DNA from: Isurus oxyrinchus
Taxonomy: Eukaryota
Length of the DNA stretch: 64,000 nt
Reading direction: 5' to 3'
Assembly (NCBI GenBank): GCA_026770705.1
Contig: JANJGN010000019.1
Span: 77,996,001-78,060,000 of the forward strand
The notes under the pieces were generated by a model, which did no database searches, was not told the origin of the DNA, and saw only the letters and a program-made list of their open reading frames with translations. Position numbers and translations under genes: made by a program. Below, in pieces: positions 24,050 through 36,326 of this stretch (its first letter is position 1; the number at the start of each line of letters is the position of its first letter).

Positions 24050-25200
24050 ATGTTTAGGGTTACCAACCCAAGATTTAGACTTGCCCCAGCTGAGATGAGT
24101 GGCCATTGTGTCCCATTTATGATCTGGAATTCTAGACCTTCCTTCTTGCCATTGCATTGGGCTTTCGGACTAATTTGTCTTCTCGGTATGAGTATTGTGC
24201 CATCATATAGCCTCAACTTCACTTTCATTTGCGGATCGCTGTGTTGTGCCACTTTGCACAGGTCTATGAAAGTCATGATGTTGCATGATTCACCAGTGTC
24301 GCTTAATACTTTCCTTCTATGGTCATCATTGTTACAGTCACAAACCATTCATTGCCTATAGATTTGACGGAACCAACCTGTTGTATTGTGTATAGTTCTT
24401 CATCAGACTCTTCTGCCGATATTTCTCCAGTGGCCATCTGTATAAGCTTGTGTTGCTTCTTTCCAGCCAAATGCTTGTGTGTGAAATGATTCTGCTTCCT
24501 GCAGTTAAAACACTGCTCCCCCATGTTGGGCAATCCTTCTTTCCCTTCGTCCTGAACAGTATTTGCATCCAGCCCTTTGCTTGTGATTGCTCTGCTCTTT
24601 CAGCCTGGAATGTATCTCAGCATAATTTCCTGGTCTGCCCTGCCATACATGTGCTCTAGCTGAAGTTTTACAAGTTCCACATTTTATCACATATCACATG
24701 TCTCTTGCTTTCTTCAGCATCAGTTTCTCATCTTTTAGCAGACTTGCTCTCACCGAGGGCTCTCGCACGCCTAAGACTAATCAATCTTTAATCAGGTCAT
24801 CTTTTAGCTTTCTGAATTCACATGATTCTGCAAGCTGTGCTACTGCAATCATGCACTGATTTTACAGTTTCTGTCTCTCCTTGAGCTCGAGTGTTGAATA
24901 CAGAGCATTCATTCGTAACTTTCACTTGGTGTTCAAAATGTTCATTCCAGGCATTCAAAATCTCTGCTGTCTGTTTTCTTTGCTCATTGGTTGGATTTAG
25001 GATGGTATATAGCAGTCCATCACCAGCAGTGCTAAGAGTGTGGCTACTCTTATCAGTTCCAGCTTGTTAAGTTCATTGCAATCTCATAGTTTTGCCATTG
25101 CAAGTGGAAAAACTACCATTTTGCCATGTATCTCCTTTAATTTCAACTGGAGATGGGATTGGAAAGTTTACAGCAAAGATGTGACTCACTCAGTATTTTA
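24050..25200 (-). pseudogene. Gypsy gag (zinc knuckle) and aspartic protease remnants
   Basis: CKYC and CFNCRKQNHF knuckles; protease DTGESCNIM at 24274-24300; PLISAGASLNLGLV. Confidence 0.85.
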
Positions 25201-25350
25201 CTTGCAGCTTTCGGTATATGTTTACCTTTACTTGTCCTTTTCAGCAGCTTTTTGCAAATTTGAACATTTCTGTGTGCCTTTCTGAACTGTGTCTTCCATG
25301 CAGCATTTCCTGGGTTGAAAAATCTATTTTTTCTCCATTTCTCACACCAT

Positions 25351-25479
25351 GGATGCTATTTTCCACTCCTGCCCGCTGCCAGCATCTTCCGGTCCCACCG
25401 CAAGTCAATGCATTTCTGGCTGGGGCATCGCCTTGCTCACAGCAGGTCCCACCTGCGACGGGGCTAGAAAATCCTTGCC
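25351..25479. mobile_element. 129-bp Harbinger-type MITE at the LTR/PBS junction
   Basis: TSD CAT (25348-50, 25480-82); imperfect TIRs ggatgctattttcc and agaaaatccttgcc. Confidence 0.75.
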
Positions 25480-25481
25480 CA

Positions 25482-25654
25482 TGTTTCAAGTTTAAGGTCA
25501 GCAGTGCTTCTTCAGAGTCTGTCTCAGTGAGAGGTCTTTATTGAACTGCCTGTTCAGATGCCTGCCTCCAGAGATATACAACCTTGTGGCATAGTCACAT
25601 GACTACAGAAAGCCAAATGTGATATCAGACTGATTACATTTCAAAACCCAAGCA
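25482..25654 (-). repeat. 5' LTR
   Basis: Direct repeat of 22783-22953. Confidence 0.9.
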
Positions 25655-25819
25655 GAGATGGAGACCAAAACAGCACAAGGTATTCCAGGTGTGGCCTCAC
25701 CAAAGTCCTGTATAATTGTAGCAAGACTTCCTTGTTCTTGTATTCCAACCCCATTGCAACAAAGGCCAACTCGCCATTTGCCACTTTAATTACCTGTATT
25801 CCTTGTATGAGTACACCCA

Positions 25820-28208
25820 AAAGAGCTTGAACTAAGAAAGGAATTGCAAGTGCAGCTCACAACCAATCTAGAAGATCTTCAAACATTCAACTCAGTTTCA
25901 GAATGGTGAGATCAAAAAAAGTCAGCTGTACTGGATTCCTGTGCCTAGACCGTTAGGTTCAAATGCTCTCGTCACCAGGACTGGCTCGATGAAACCGATG
26001 CTCAAATATGTGACCATCTGGAACAAAAACAGCATTCTTCATTGCCTGGCAGAATAATCAACGTCGCAACTCAAGAAAGTAGCACTCCAACAGCTCAAGG
26101 CTGACACACAAAGAAGATCTGAAAAATAAAGGACATGTAGTGGGAAGAGAAAGTCCAAGAGATTTGACAATGTGCTGATCATCATGCAAAGCTTTTTTGA
26201 AGTCACTAGGGCCATCTGTAGACCATGGTGGACAAAATCCCTTTCGTCTCAGGATGGTGTTTCCCTTGAGGATGACAATGTCACCTGTTAACACCGGAAA
26301 GAATATTTTGAGCAATGCCTCAACTGTGAATCCACACCGGCAACTGATACTCTCCAGACTATCCCCTTGTGAGAACCACGCCACCCCCCCCCCCCCCCCA
26401 AACCCTGGTACCCCCCAGTACTCTGTGGTAGAATCCACGGGTGAACCACCATCAATGGGAGAGCTGCAACAAGCAATCAAACAATAAAATGCAACAAAAC
26501 CTATGGTCCTGATCGTTTTCCAGCTGAGTCCTTAAAGCAGACTTTTTCTCACGTCAAGAGTCCATGCACTTATCCAACAGATTTGGGAGGAAAAAGAACC
26601 CCACCCCGAATTCAGGAATGTGTCAATTGTAAATACCTTTAAGAAGGGAGATAAAACATGCTTTGGGGGTATTAAACAGGGAAAATCCTGACATGCATTC
26701 TCCTAAATTGCCTACTGCCTAAGGAAATCCTCCCAGAAACAATGTGGCTTTAGACCTTGCAGAGGAACCTCTGACTTGGTCTTTTTTACCAGACAAATCC
26801 AAGCAAAATGTTGTAAGTGACACCAGGAACTCTTCATTGACTAAAACATTTGACTCCGTAAACTGTGAGGCTCTGTGGATTGTGCTTCAAAATTTGGAAG
26901 TCCACAAAACTTCATCTGAATCCTGAAATTGCTTCATGATATGACTGCAACTGTCTTAAGTGAGAGAGCTGAAACAGCCTCCTTCAGAAGCTGGACTGGA
27001 GTCAAGCAAAGCTGTGTGATAGCCTCCATATATTTACAATCTACCTGACAATGGTTATTCACCTCAATAAAGATCAACTGCCCTCTGGTGTCAATATTAA
27101 ATACTGTCTAGATGGAAAACTCTTCAACCTCTGTTGCCTCCATGCCAAAACAAAACTGACCTCCATAGATATATGGTCTGCAGACGACTGCACTCTGCAC
27201 TAGATTTGCAAGCTACTCTTAATCTCTTCGATTATACAGGATACTCGGCCAGTCCTTGAATATTGCCAAAACTAAACTCAATTCACAGCTAGTCAGCCAA
27301 ATATACATTGAAGGAGAGACTCTGGAATATGGTATTTCTAATAATGCTATTTTATTCAAGAAACAAGTTCGCAGCCCAAAAGCTGAATTGCACTGTAACT
27401 TGCATCGAGAATTCATGTATAGATTAAATAATCAAGTTAAAGACATGTGACAGTCATGTAGTAACAAAAATAGACAAACAACTTCAGCAGGTAACAGGAA
27501 ATTTGTGGACAGAATATTAAAAGAAGAAATGTTGAATATGGTAAGCACTTCCCATACCTTGATAGCTACCTCTTTCAAAAGGTTGCCATTGACAAGGAGA
27601 CCCAACACCAGATCAGCTGTGCCAGTTCAGCCACCTGAAAATTATGACAGCAAGCGTTTGACAGCAAAGACCTCCATCAGTCTACAAAAGCCCTAGTGTC
27701 CAGAGCAGTTGTCATCAACACACTCCTGTACTGCAGTGAGATCTGGCGCAACTTGTGCAAAATCAATTTCAATGGACTGGCGCTGTGTCCGGATGGCCAA
27801 AAACAGCCTCCCTCCTTCCCCAATAGTTCCTGTTTTCTCAACTGCCAAATGGCCAACGTTCTAGCGGAGGACAAAGAAAACACTTTAAAGACATCCCGAA
27901 GCTCTCCTAGAAGTATGACAGCTTTGACGTTAATAACTGGAGGAGCATTCAGAATGGTAACAACTTGCCCATCGATCTGCATCATGCTTTGAGTCCTACC
28001 GCCTTAATTATAAGGCAGAGCAACAACAGAGAGAGAAAGAAATGGAAGCAAATTCTGTATTTCAGATCCCACTACCTCATGGGACTTCCTGCTCCATGTG
28101 CCCAAAGATCTGTGGGTCAAGAAGCCTGTTCAGTCACTTGAAGACCCATGGCAGAAACTTGCAACCCTGAGAGGAAGTTATCCTCGAATTGAGGGATAGC
28201 CAGTGATG
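25820..28208 (+). mobile_element. RTE-clade LINE, 5'-truncated and decayed
   Basis: RT motifs (ILPE.QCGFR, LTKTFDSVN, TGVKQSCV), C-terminal CxxC, 3' hairpin plus tga tail; TSD acaccca (25813-19, 28209-15). Confidence 0.8.
27335..27533 (-). pseudogene. putative retrocopy of an mRNA 3' end inserted in the RTE
   Basis: 10-bp TSD gaatatggta (27325-34, 27534-43); U-rich on the minus strand with AATAAA about 16 nt before the end. Confidence 0.55.
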
Positions 28209-29466
28209 ACACCCAGATGTCTTTGAACGTCAACATTTAAAAGTCTTTTAAAAGTATTCTGCTTTTCTATTCTTACTACCAAAGTGAATAACCTCACACT
28301 TCCATTTGCCATTTCCCATACTCTATTTGCCACCTTGTTGCCCACTTGCTTAGCCTTCTGGCTCTCTTTGTTGCCTCATTGTGATCTTCTCGCAGCTTGC
28401 ATTTTCACCTAGCTTTGTATTTTCAGCAAACTTAGATACCTTGCTCTGTCTCTTCATGTAAGTCATTGATATAGATCGTAAATAGCTAAGGCTCCAGCAT
28501 GGATCCTAGCGGCACTCTGGTGGTTGTGGCCTGCCAATCTTCTGTCCATTAACCAATCATCTATCAGTTTGGTGAGAACAGTCAGTTTCAGAGTGCATAT
28601 ATAATACATGATTGTCTTTTGTTATTCTCTTTCCTGCCCCCCAATTTTATAAGTCTACATTGTTCTTCGGGATGTTGTGTATATGAAATACTGGAAGTGT
28701 GGAAAACTTCCAAGTTTTATATCCCAAGGTAAAGTTTAGGCTTTAATTGCTGATGGTAGTGGGTGTGGGGGGAACTATTTCCCTTGAGAAAGTCATGTCT
28801 GCTTTTTAAAAATATTATGACCATGGATCTGAGTTTCTTATCAGCCTAAATAAGAATGTTGATTATCATTTGCAGTTTTTACATAGATGGCAGAATGAGA
28901 GCATTGGCAGACTTCACCCTTGCCATCCTATTAAACTGAAGAATGTCACCATTTTGCTCCCTGGCTGCAGGCTACGGTGCCTTACATAATTACCCAAAAC
29001 CATGCAATTACCGTCTGGGAGCCTATCGTTTTGTGGCAGTGTAGCATGGTTAATGAGGGTTTTCTGTACAATTAAACTTTGTTTTAGTCTGATATCACAT
29101 GGAGAATGATGAGAGACACATGCAACTGTTTTGAACTTTGTTTAGTAACGCTCTGAGATTACTTTTGGAGAAGCAAAATATCTTTAATAAGAGTCATGAA
29201 CATCTTGAAACAAATTACACTTCGCTGTTTTTCTACTAGACCCCTCCCATTTTTAAAATTATATTTTTAGACTTTTTCTAAAAGAGGTAGTGAGGAATCC
29301 TTTCTAATAGTTAGGGGATAGCAGAAAAAGTCATTTATTATCAGGAATCAGACTTTGAAACAACACTTCAGTTTGGTGTTTTTACTTTGTTTTTAGAGCT
29401 TAGTTCCCAAATTTAAATGAAAATGAATGTGAACAGTTGATGCAACAAATTTGTACCTCTCACTGT

Positions 29467-31010
29467 AAAGCCTCCCCACCTCCTCAATACTACCTGTCTC
29501 TCTACCTATCTTTGTATCATCTGCAAACTTAGCCAGGATGCCCTCAGTTCCTTCATCTAGATCATTATTGTATAAAATGAAAAGTTGTGGTCCCAACACT
29601 GACCCCTGTGGAACTCCACTAGTCACCGGCCACCATCCTGAGAAGCAGCTCCTTATCCCCACTCTCTGTCTCCTGCCAGACAGCCAATCTTCTATCTATG
29701 CTAGTACCTTGCCTCTAACACCATGGGCTCTTATCTTACTGAGCAGCCTCCTGTACAGCACCTTGTCAAGGGCCTTCTGGAAGTCCAAGTAGATAACATC
29801 CATTGGCTCTCCTTTGGCCAACCTGCTTGTTACCTCCTCAGAATTCTAACAGGTTTGTCAGACATGACCTCCCCTTGATGAAACCATGCTGACTTTGCCC
29901 TATTTTACCATGGACTTCCAAGTATTCTGAAATCTCATCCTTAATAATGGACTCTAAAATCTTACCAACAACCGAGGTCAGGCTAATCGGCCTGTAATTT
30001 CCCATCTTTTGCCTCACTCCCTTCTTAAACAGGGGTGGTTACGTTAGCGATTTTCCAGTCCTCTGGGACCCTCCCTGACTCCAGTGATTCCTGAAAGATC
30101 ACCACTAATGCCTCCACTATCTCTTCAGCTATCTCCTTCAGAACTCTGGGGTGTAATCCATCTGGTCCAAGTGATTTATCCACCTTCAGATCTTTCAGTT
30201 TTCCTAGCGCCTTCTCCTTGGTAATGGCCACCATACTCATCTCTGCTCTCCGACTCTCTAGAATTTTGGGGATGTTACTTGTGTCTTCCTCCGTGAAGAC
30301 TGACACAAAGTACCTATTCAGTTCCTCTGCCTTTTTTATGTTCCCCTTTATTACTTCTCCAGCATCATTTTCCAGTGGCCCAATGTCCACTTTTGCTTCT
30401 CTCTTACCCTTTATATATCTAAAAAAAATTCTTGCAATCTTCTTTTATATTACTGGCTAGTTTACCCTCATATTTAATCTTCTCCCTCCTTATTTGTTTT
30501 TTAGTGTTGGTGTTGTAGGCTTCCCAATCCCCTGGCTTCCCACTGCTCTTCGCCATATTGTATGCTTTCTCTTTAGCTTTTATGCTGTCCCTGACTTCCT
30601 TTGTTAGCCATGGTTGCCTTGTCCTCCCTTTAGTATGCTTCTTCTTCCTAGGGTTGAATTTTTGCTGTGTCTCCCAAATTACTCTCAGAAACTCCTGCCA
30701 TTGCTGCTCCACTGTCTTTCCTGCTAGGCTCATCTCCCAGTCAATTCTGACCAGCTCCTCCCTCATGCCTCTGTAGTTGCCTTTATTCAACTGTAATACC
30801 ATTACATCTGATTCCAGTTTTTTCCTCTCAAATTGCAGGGTAATTTCTATCATATTATGGTTACTTCCTCCTAAGGGTTCCTTCACCTTAAGCTCCCTTG
30901 TCAAATCTGCCTCATTACATATCACTAAATCTAGAATTGCCTGTTCCCTAGTGAGCTCCACCACAAGCTGCTCCAAAAAGCCATCTTGTAGACATTCCAC
31001 AAATTCCTTT
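29467..31010 (-). mobile_element. CR1 ORF2 internal fragment, relatively well preserved
   Basis: ORFs 30419-31000, 30025-30390 and 29393-29662 ([20 protein letters not shown]). Confidence 0.92.
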
Positions 31011-32050
31011 TGGAGGATATGATGAGGGGAGCCCTGCGGGGGATTGTGCTGGGAGCCTCAACTTTTTACAAGTTATATTAATGACTTAGATGAAGGGTGT
31101 GAAAGCATGGTAGCTAAATTTGCAGATGACACAAAGATAGGTAGGAAGTATGTTGTATGTGTGTTTATTGAAGAGGACATAAGGAGTTTGCAGATGGATA
31201 TAGGTAGGTTGAGTAAGTGGGCAAAAATCTAGCAGATGGAGTATTGTGTGGGAAAATGTGAATTTGTTCATTTTGGCAGGAAAAGTAAAAATGCAGACTA
31301 TTACTTAAATAGAGAACAACTGCAGAATTCCAAGGTGCGGAGGAATCCAGGTGTTCTCGTGCATGAGTCACAAAAAGTGAGTATGCAAGTATAGCAAGAA
31401 ATTAAGAAGGCTAATGGAGTGCTATTCTTTATTACAAGAGGGTTTAAACATAAAAGTAAGGACGCTATGCTTCAGTTATACAAGGCATTGGTGAGACCAC
31501 ATCCGAATATTGTGTGCAGTTTTGGTCTCCTTATTTAAGGAAGGGTGTAAATGCCTTGGATGCAGTTCAGAGGAGGTTTACTAGATTGATACCTGGAATG
31601 AGTGGATTGTATTATGAGGAACGGTTAGACATACTGGGCTTGTTTCTTCTGGAGTTTAGGAGAATGAGGGGTGACTTGTTTGAAATATTTAAGACCCTGA
31701 ACAGTATTGACCAGGTAGATGTGGAAAGAATGTTTCCTCCTGTGAGTGAGTCCAGAACTAAGGGGATTGTTTTAAAATTAGGGATTGCCCTTTTAGGACC
31801 AAGATGAGAATTTTTCTTTCTTCTTAAGGTTGTGCGACTTTGGAACTCTGTCTCCAAAGGTGGCGGACGCGGGTTCATTGAATATTTTTAAGGCAGAGGT
31901 AGGTAGATTTTTGTTAGGCAAGGGAATTAAAGGTTGTTGAAGGTAGATGGGAATATGGAATTTGAAACACAAACTGGTCAGCCATGACCTTGTTGATTGG
32001 TGGAAAAGGCCCGAGGGGCTGAATGGCTTATTTCTGATGCTATTTCGAAT
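31011..32050 (+). mobile_element. CR1 3' portion
   Basis: [30 protein letters not shown], and 3'UTR. Confidence 0.92.
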
Positions 32051-32122
32051 ATAACTATGCAGCCTGAAGTGGTGGACTGCATTACCTGCTGTTGGATCCT
32101 AGTCACCAGTTTGCATGCTTGT

Positions 32123-32382
32123 TGTAAGGGGTGGCCGATTTGTACTAATGATAGAGTTAATTTGCAGACACTTCATAGGAAGGAACTCTGTTTCTTTACA
32201 AAGGTACACAGCAGCAACTAAACAAGTGCTTACACTTCAAACTCTATCTCTACACTACTCTAACTACTAACTACATACTACTAACCAGAGAGGTATCCTG
32301 CGCTACTCTGCTGTTGGATACTAAATGTGATCTTCCATTATAACATTCTTCTTAAAGGTATATTGCACATCGGGTTACCACA
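32123..32382 (-). mobile_element. probable solo LTR, about 260 bp
   Basis: tgtaagg...ttaccaca termini; no convincing TSD. Confidence 0.45.
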
Positions 32383-32664
32383 ACTGCCACTATGCACAAG
32401 GTCATAACACAAAGATAGGTGGGTGTATCTTTTAGCTGATCTTAGCTCCTCTTTTCAAGAAAGAAAAGTTTTGTCATGGGATCCAACAGGTTCTTGAAGG
32501 AAGGTTATTGTTTGCATTTCTGTTGTTGAAAGTCTATTCCGGGTCCTCATATTCTGTAAAAGAATTTTTTCTGATATTGGTCGTAAATGCACCTTTGATC
32601 CAATGCCCTCTTGTCCGACGTCATGAATTAACTTGGAGTGGTACCCTAAATGCACTTTTTAAAA

Positions 32665-33220
32665 TCAGAATTAGAATCTCAGAATTGTTACATTCAAGCC
32701 CATTGTGTCTGTACCAGCTCTCCAGATGAGCAGTTCACCTAGTGCCATTCTCTGCCTTCTCCACGCAGCCCTGCATATTCTCTTTTCAGGTAACAGTCTA
32801 ATTCTCTTTTGAATGCCTCAATTGAACCTGTCTCCACCATACTGTCAGGCAGCACATTCTAGACTTTAACTACTTGCTATGTGAAAAGGGGTTTCCTCAT
32901 GTTACTTTTGCTTCCTTTGCCAATTAATTTAAATCTGAACAATCTTTTTAAAAAAAAGCCCAACTTCTCAAGTCACTGTATAGCTGCGACTCATCATTCC
33001 AGTGAATCTGTTTATATAGCACCATTGACAAAGGAAGCGGCCCCAAAGCACTGCACAGAGATGCAGTCAAAGAAAATGGGCACCAAGCTAAGGAAATTGG
33101 CTGTGGTTTTTCCTGCATTATAACCCTGACTATACTTCAGAAGCACTTCACTGGTTGTAAAGTGCTTTGAGATCGCTGAGATCATAAAAAGCTGCCCTAT
33201 AAATGCAGGACTTCACTTCC
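32665..33220. mobile_element. CR1 3'UTR (-) and DeuSINE/L2 tail fragments
   Basis: Similar to 4960-5200; 'tgtaaagtgctttgag...ctataaatgcagg' tail. Confidence 0.6.
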
Positions 33221-33965
33221 TTTATCAAAGGCCTGATTACTTTCTGATATTCCTGGTGTGCTAGTACTTAGCTATTTGTCACTGTCCTAGTTCATTCTCT
33301 GATGGTGAAGGGAGGCTGCATCCTACTTGCTCACTGGTACTTAAAAATGGATACATTGTGTTAAGATGGGCATGATTGGCATGTCCACCAAGATCAAACT
33401 AACTGGCAAGCAGTTCTGAGGAGCTGAGCAGCTTCCTCCTGTTCTTATTCATTCGTCCTAATTCATTTGAGGGAGTTATGGAGCATGATTTTACCCTGCC
33501 GCTCCACACTATAGAGTTCCCTATCACAAAAGTGATGCATGTTGTGGGGTGGTGTCGAAGCAGAGCTCAGCTGATACCATGTGAAAAGGAGAATCTAGTG
33601 ATGATGGTATCCTGTGGCAGATGGTTCACCTGACTGCTTTGTGTAACTTGGGAGGATCAGGGAATAGGGAGAAAAATAACTTGGTTTCCAAAAAAAATCC
33701 AATTTTGCTTTTGTTTGGAAGAGGCATAGAGACATCATACTTTGAAATAAAAAAAAACTCATTGCTGCTTAATGGAAGAAAGGCTTAATGACACATTTAA
33801 ATTGAATTACAAAAGTTGATATATATACACAGGAATATGTCATAGTTTCAGAAGACATTAATCATTATCACAATAAGTGTTTATTTTGGCGGCTCATTCA
33901 ACTTAGTTTCTTTTGATTGATGCTTTTTATTTCAGATAAATCCCATTTTTTTATTCTTGTTTAAG

Positions 33966-34141
33966 TCTATTTGCTGCCAAATATTTTGAAGACTTCTTGT
34001 TGTGAAGTTCTATGGTAGGGCATTAACTTCCTGGAGAAGTATTTGTTTAGTCTAGAGTACATCACAAGAGTGCATGATGTTGGGAAGGCAACTTTGTATT
34101 CAAGAACTGTGTTCAAAATCCCAGCGTCAGCCTCCATGATT
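33966..34141 (+). other. candidate host exon, UTR-like, ending in ATG ATT
   Basis: Polypyrimidine tract and tttaag acceptor; att|gtaagc donor; unique sequence. Confidence 0.3.
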
Positions 34142-34269
34142 GTAAGCATGCAAAATTCTGAATATATAAACAAACAGCTTGAATGACAGAATAGCAATGG
34201 ACCAGAGCTGATGCTGCATCATGATGGAATGCACCTGGTTCCTGTGATTCCTGGAGTGATAGGTTTCAT

Positions 34270-36205
34270 GTAATACATTTGGGGACAGTTATTAGAAACA
34301 AATAAGGAACAGGATGTTTTAGATCTAGTAATTATGTAATGAAACAGGGTGAATTAGTAATCTTATAGGAAAGGATTATTTGGGGAAGTGTGTTCTTAAT
34401 AGGACAGAATTTTATTTGAATTTGGGAGTGAGTTGGAAACTAGGGTCTTAAATTTTAAACAAAACCAATTGCATATGTATGAGGGGTGAGTTGGTTGAGG
34501 TAGATTGGTAAATTAGATTAAAAGATATGACTGTACATGAGCAGTGGTGAACCTTAAAAAAAAAATCACTTCTCAATTAACATGCATTCCATTCAGGAGC
34601 AAAAATTATTGGAAGAGTGGTCCAACTGTGTAACTGGAGAAGTTAAGGATGTATTAGATTTAAAACAAGGGACCTACAATGTTGCCAGAAATATTGGTAA
34701 ACTTGAAAATTGCAAAGTTTTAGAAATTGGCAAAGGATTAACAAAAAGTGACAAGGAAAAATGGAATATGAGAGTAAGAAATATATAACAGATTGTCAGA
34801 GATTTGTAAAAAGGAAGAGATTAGTAAGTGGGTGCCTTCGAGCAGAGATAGGAGAAATTATAATGGGGAATAAGAAAAGAAAAATATTTTGTCTGTTTTC
34901 ACAGGAGGCATTATGGGAGTATATAACAAGGGTAATGCAATAATCATAGGTGAGAGAAAATAGTTGGGAACTAAGAGCCAAATGAAAGTGAGGAAGCTAA
35001 AAGTACTAATAAAGAAAAAGCACTGGAGAAATTAATGGGACTAAAATCTGATAATTCCCTGGACCTGATGGTGTGTTTTAAGGATTGTCTTAAAGGAGGG
35101 AAAAGAGGTAGAGACACAGAGTGGTTCAGGAAAGGAATTCCATAGCTTAGGGCCTTGGCAGTTGAAGGCTCAGCCATCAATGTTGGACCGATTAAAATTG
35201 GAGATGCACAAGAGGCTAGAATTGGAGGAATGCAGATAACTCAAAAGTTGTGGAGCTGGAGAAGGTTCCAGAGACTGGGATGGACACGTCATGGAGGGAT
35301 TTGAACACAAGGATGTGAATTTTAAAATGAAAACATCACTTAACCAGAGGCCACAAGCAGTTAGGAAGGCAAGTAGTAATTTTTAGTGAACGGAGCTGGA
35401 GTATAACAGTAAGGAAATATTGTTGCAATTGTCTAGGTTCCTAGTGAGAGCGAAGTACTGTTTGCAGCTTTGGCCTTTCTATCTAAGGAAGGATACACTT
35501 GCCATATAGGGGTGTAATGAAGGTTCAAAAATACACCCATTTGATATACAATTAACACACTAGATTGATTCCTAGGATGAGAGGGCTTTCCTATGAGGGG
35601 AGATTTAGTTGAATGAAGCTCTTTACTTTCCTGTTTAATAGAATGAGAAGTAATTTAATTAAAACATGTAAGACTCTGAGGGTGTTTGACAGGCCAGTTG
35701 CTGAGGGTTGTTTCCCTGGCTGGAGAATCTAGAATTAGGGGTCGTAGTCCAAGGATGGGGGTTGGACATTTAGGACTGAGATAGGAGAAATTTCTGCACT
35801 CAAAAGGTTGTTGACGGCCAATCCTCGATTCGAGAATGTGTATTTGGGGTCTTAAGTTTACAGTCACAGAAAGATCTGTGACAGAAAGGCCAATTCTCAA
35901 CCTGCAGGTCTTTGGGCCCATGGGACAGGGCGTGCCACAAAGTAATGGGTTCCGGAGCGCAAGATTTGCTTTCTTTTCTTCTCTGCCACTGCTCTGCCTC
36001 ATCATTAAGGTGTTTGGACTCGAAGCATTTTGCAGCTTGATGGACAAGTTATTGCCATTTTGAACAATTGGTTGTGAATGCTCAGTCATTAAATATATTC
36101 AAGATGAATCACTAGGTTCCTGGGCAATAAGCAAGTCAAGGAATATGGGGATAGTGCGAGAAGTTGAGGAAAAAGATCAGCCATGACCTCATTGAATGGT
36201 GGATG
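34270..36205 (+). mobile_element. old fragmented CR1 with inserted L2 (about 35085-35350) and RTE pieces
   Basis: 'gaaattaatgggactaaaatctgataattccctggacctgatgg' and a CR1 3' end. Confidence 0.7.
35812..36069 (-). mobile_element. RTE LINE 3' end (same family as 25820-28208)
   Basis: Minus strand ends cattctcgaatcgaggattggccgtca; 'CPMGPKTCRLRIGL' C-terminal motif; flanking ggttgt direct repeat. Confidence 0.7.
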
Positions 36206-36326
36206 TACTCCAATGAAGGACAAGTCAACAGAGTTGCAGAAATTCCTTTAACTAAATACCAATATGCAAGATATCTGTGATAATTTACTTACAAGCCAGA
36301 CACACTCATTTTCCACATGAACTGCC

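Larger units (their letters stand above)
22783..25654 (-). mobile_element. Gypsy/Ty3-type LTR element, non-autonomous (gag-pro, no RT/RNaseH/IN core), with a captured host-like segment
   Basis: Two LTRs of about 171 bp (22783-22953, 25482-25654) with TG..CA; PPT (tcccccttt on +) at 22954; PBS TGGTGTGAGAA near 25339-25349; degenerate 5-bp TSD ggtat/gagat. Confidence 0.9.
22300..28565 (-). mobile_element. CR1 3' portion split by Gypsy and RTE insertions
   Basis: Colinear pieces at 22300-22782, 25655-25819 and 28209-28565. Confidence 0.75.

Noticed and set aside
28880-29050. H/ACA snoRNA or miRNA hairpins (gatggca/tgccatc; accatgc/gcatggt)
   Set aside because: Short stems only and no properly placed H box.
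29103-29160. C/D box snoRNA (ATGATGA ... CTGA)
   Set aside because: Only about 50 nt, with no terminal stem and no recognisable rRNA/snRNA antisense element.
29467-32050. Head-to-head CR1 pieces as a twin-priming inversion
   Set aside because: Both pieces cover the same RT segment (LGPQLF..KFADDTK) with divergent sequences, so they are two independent insertions.
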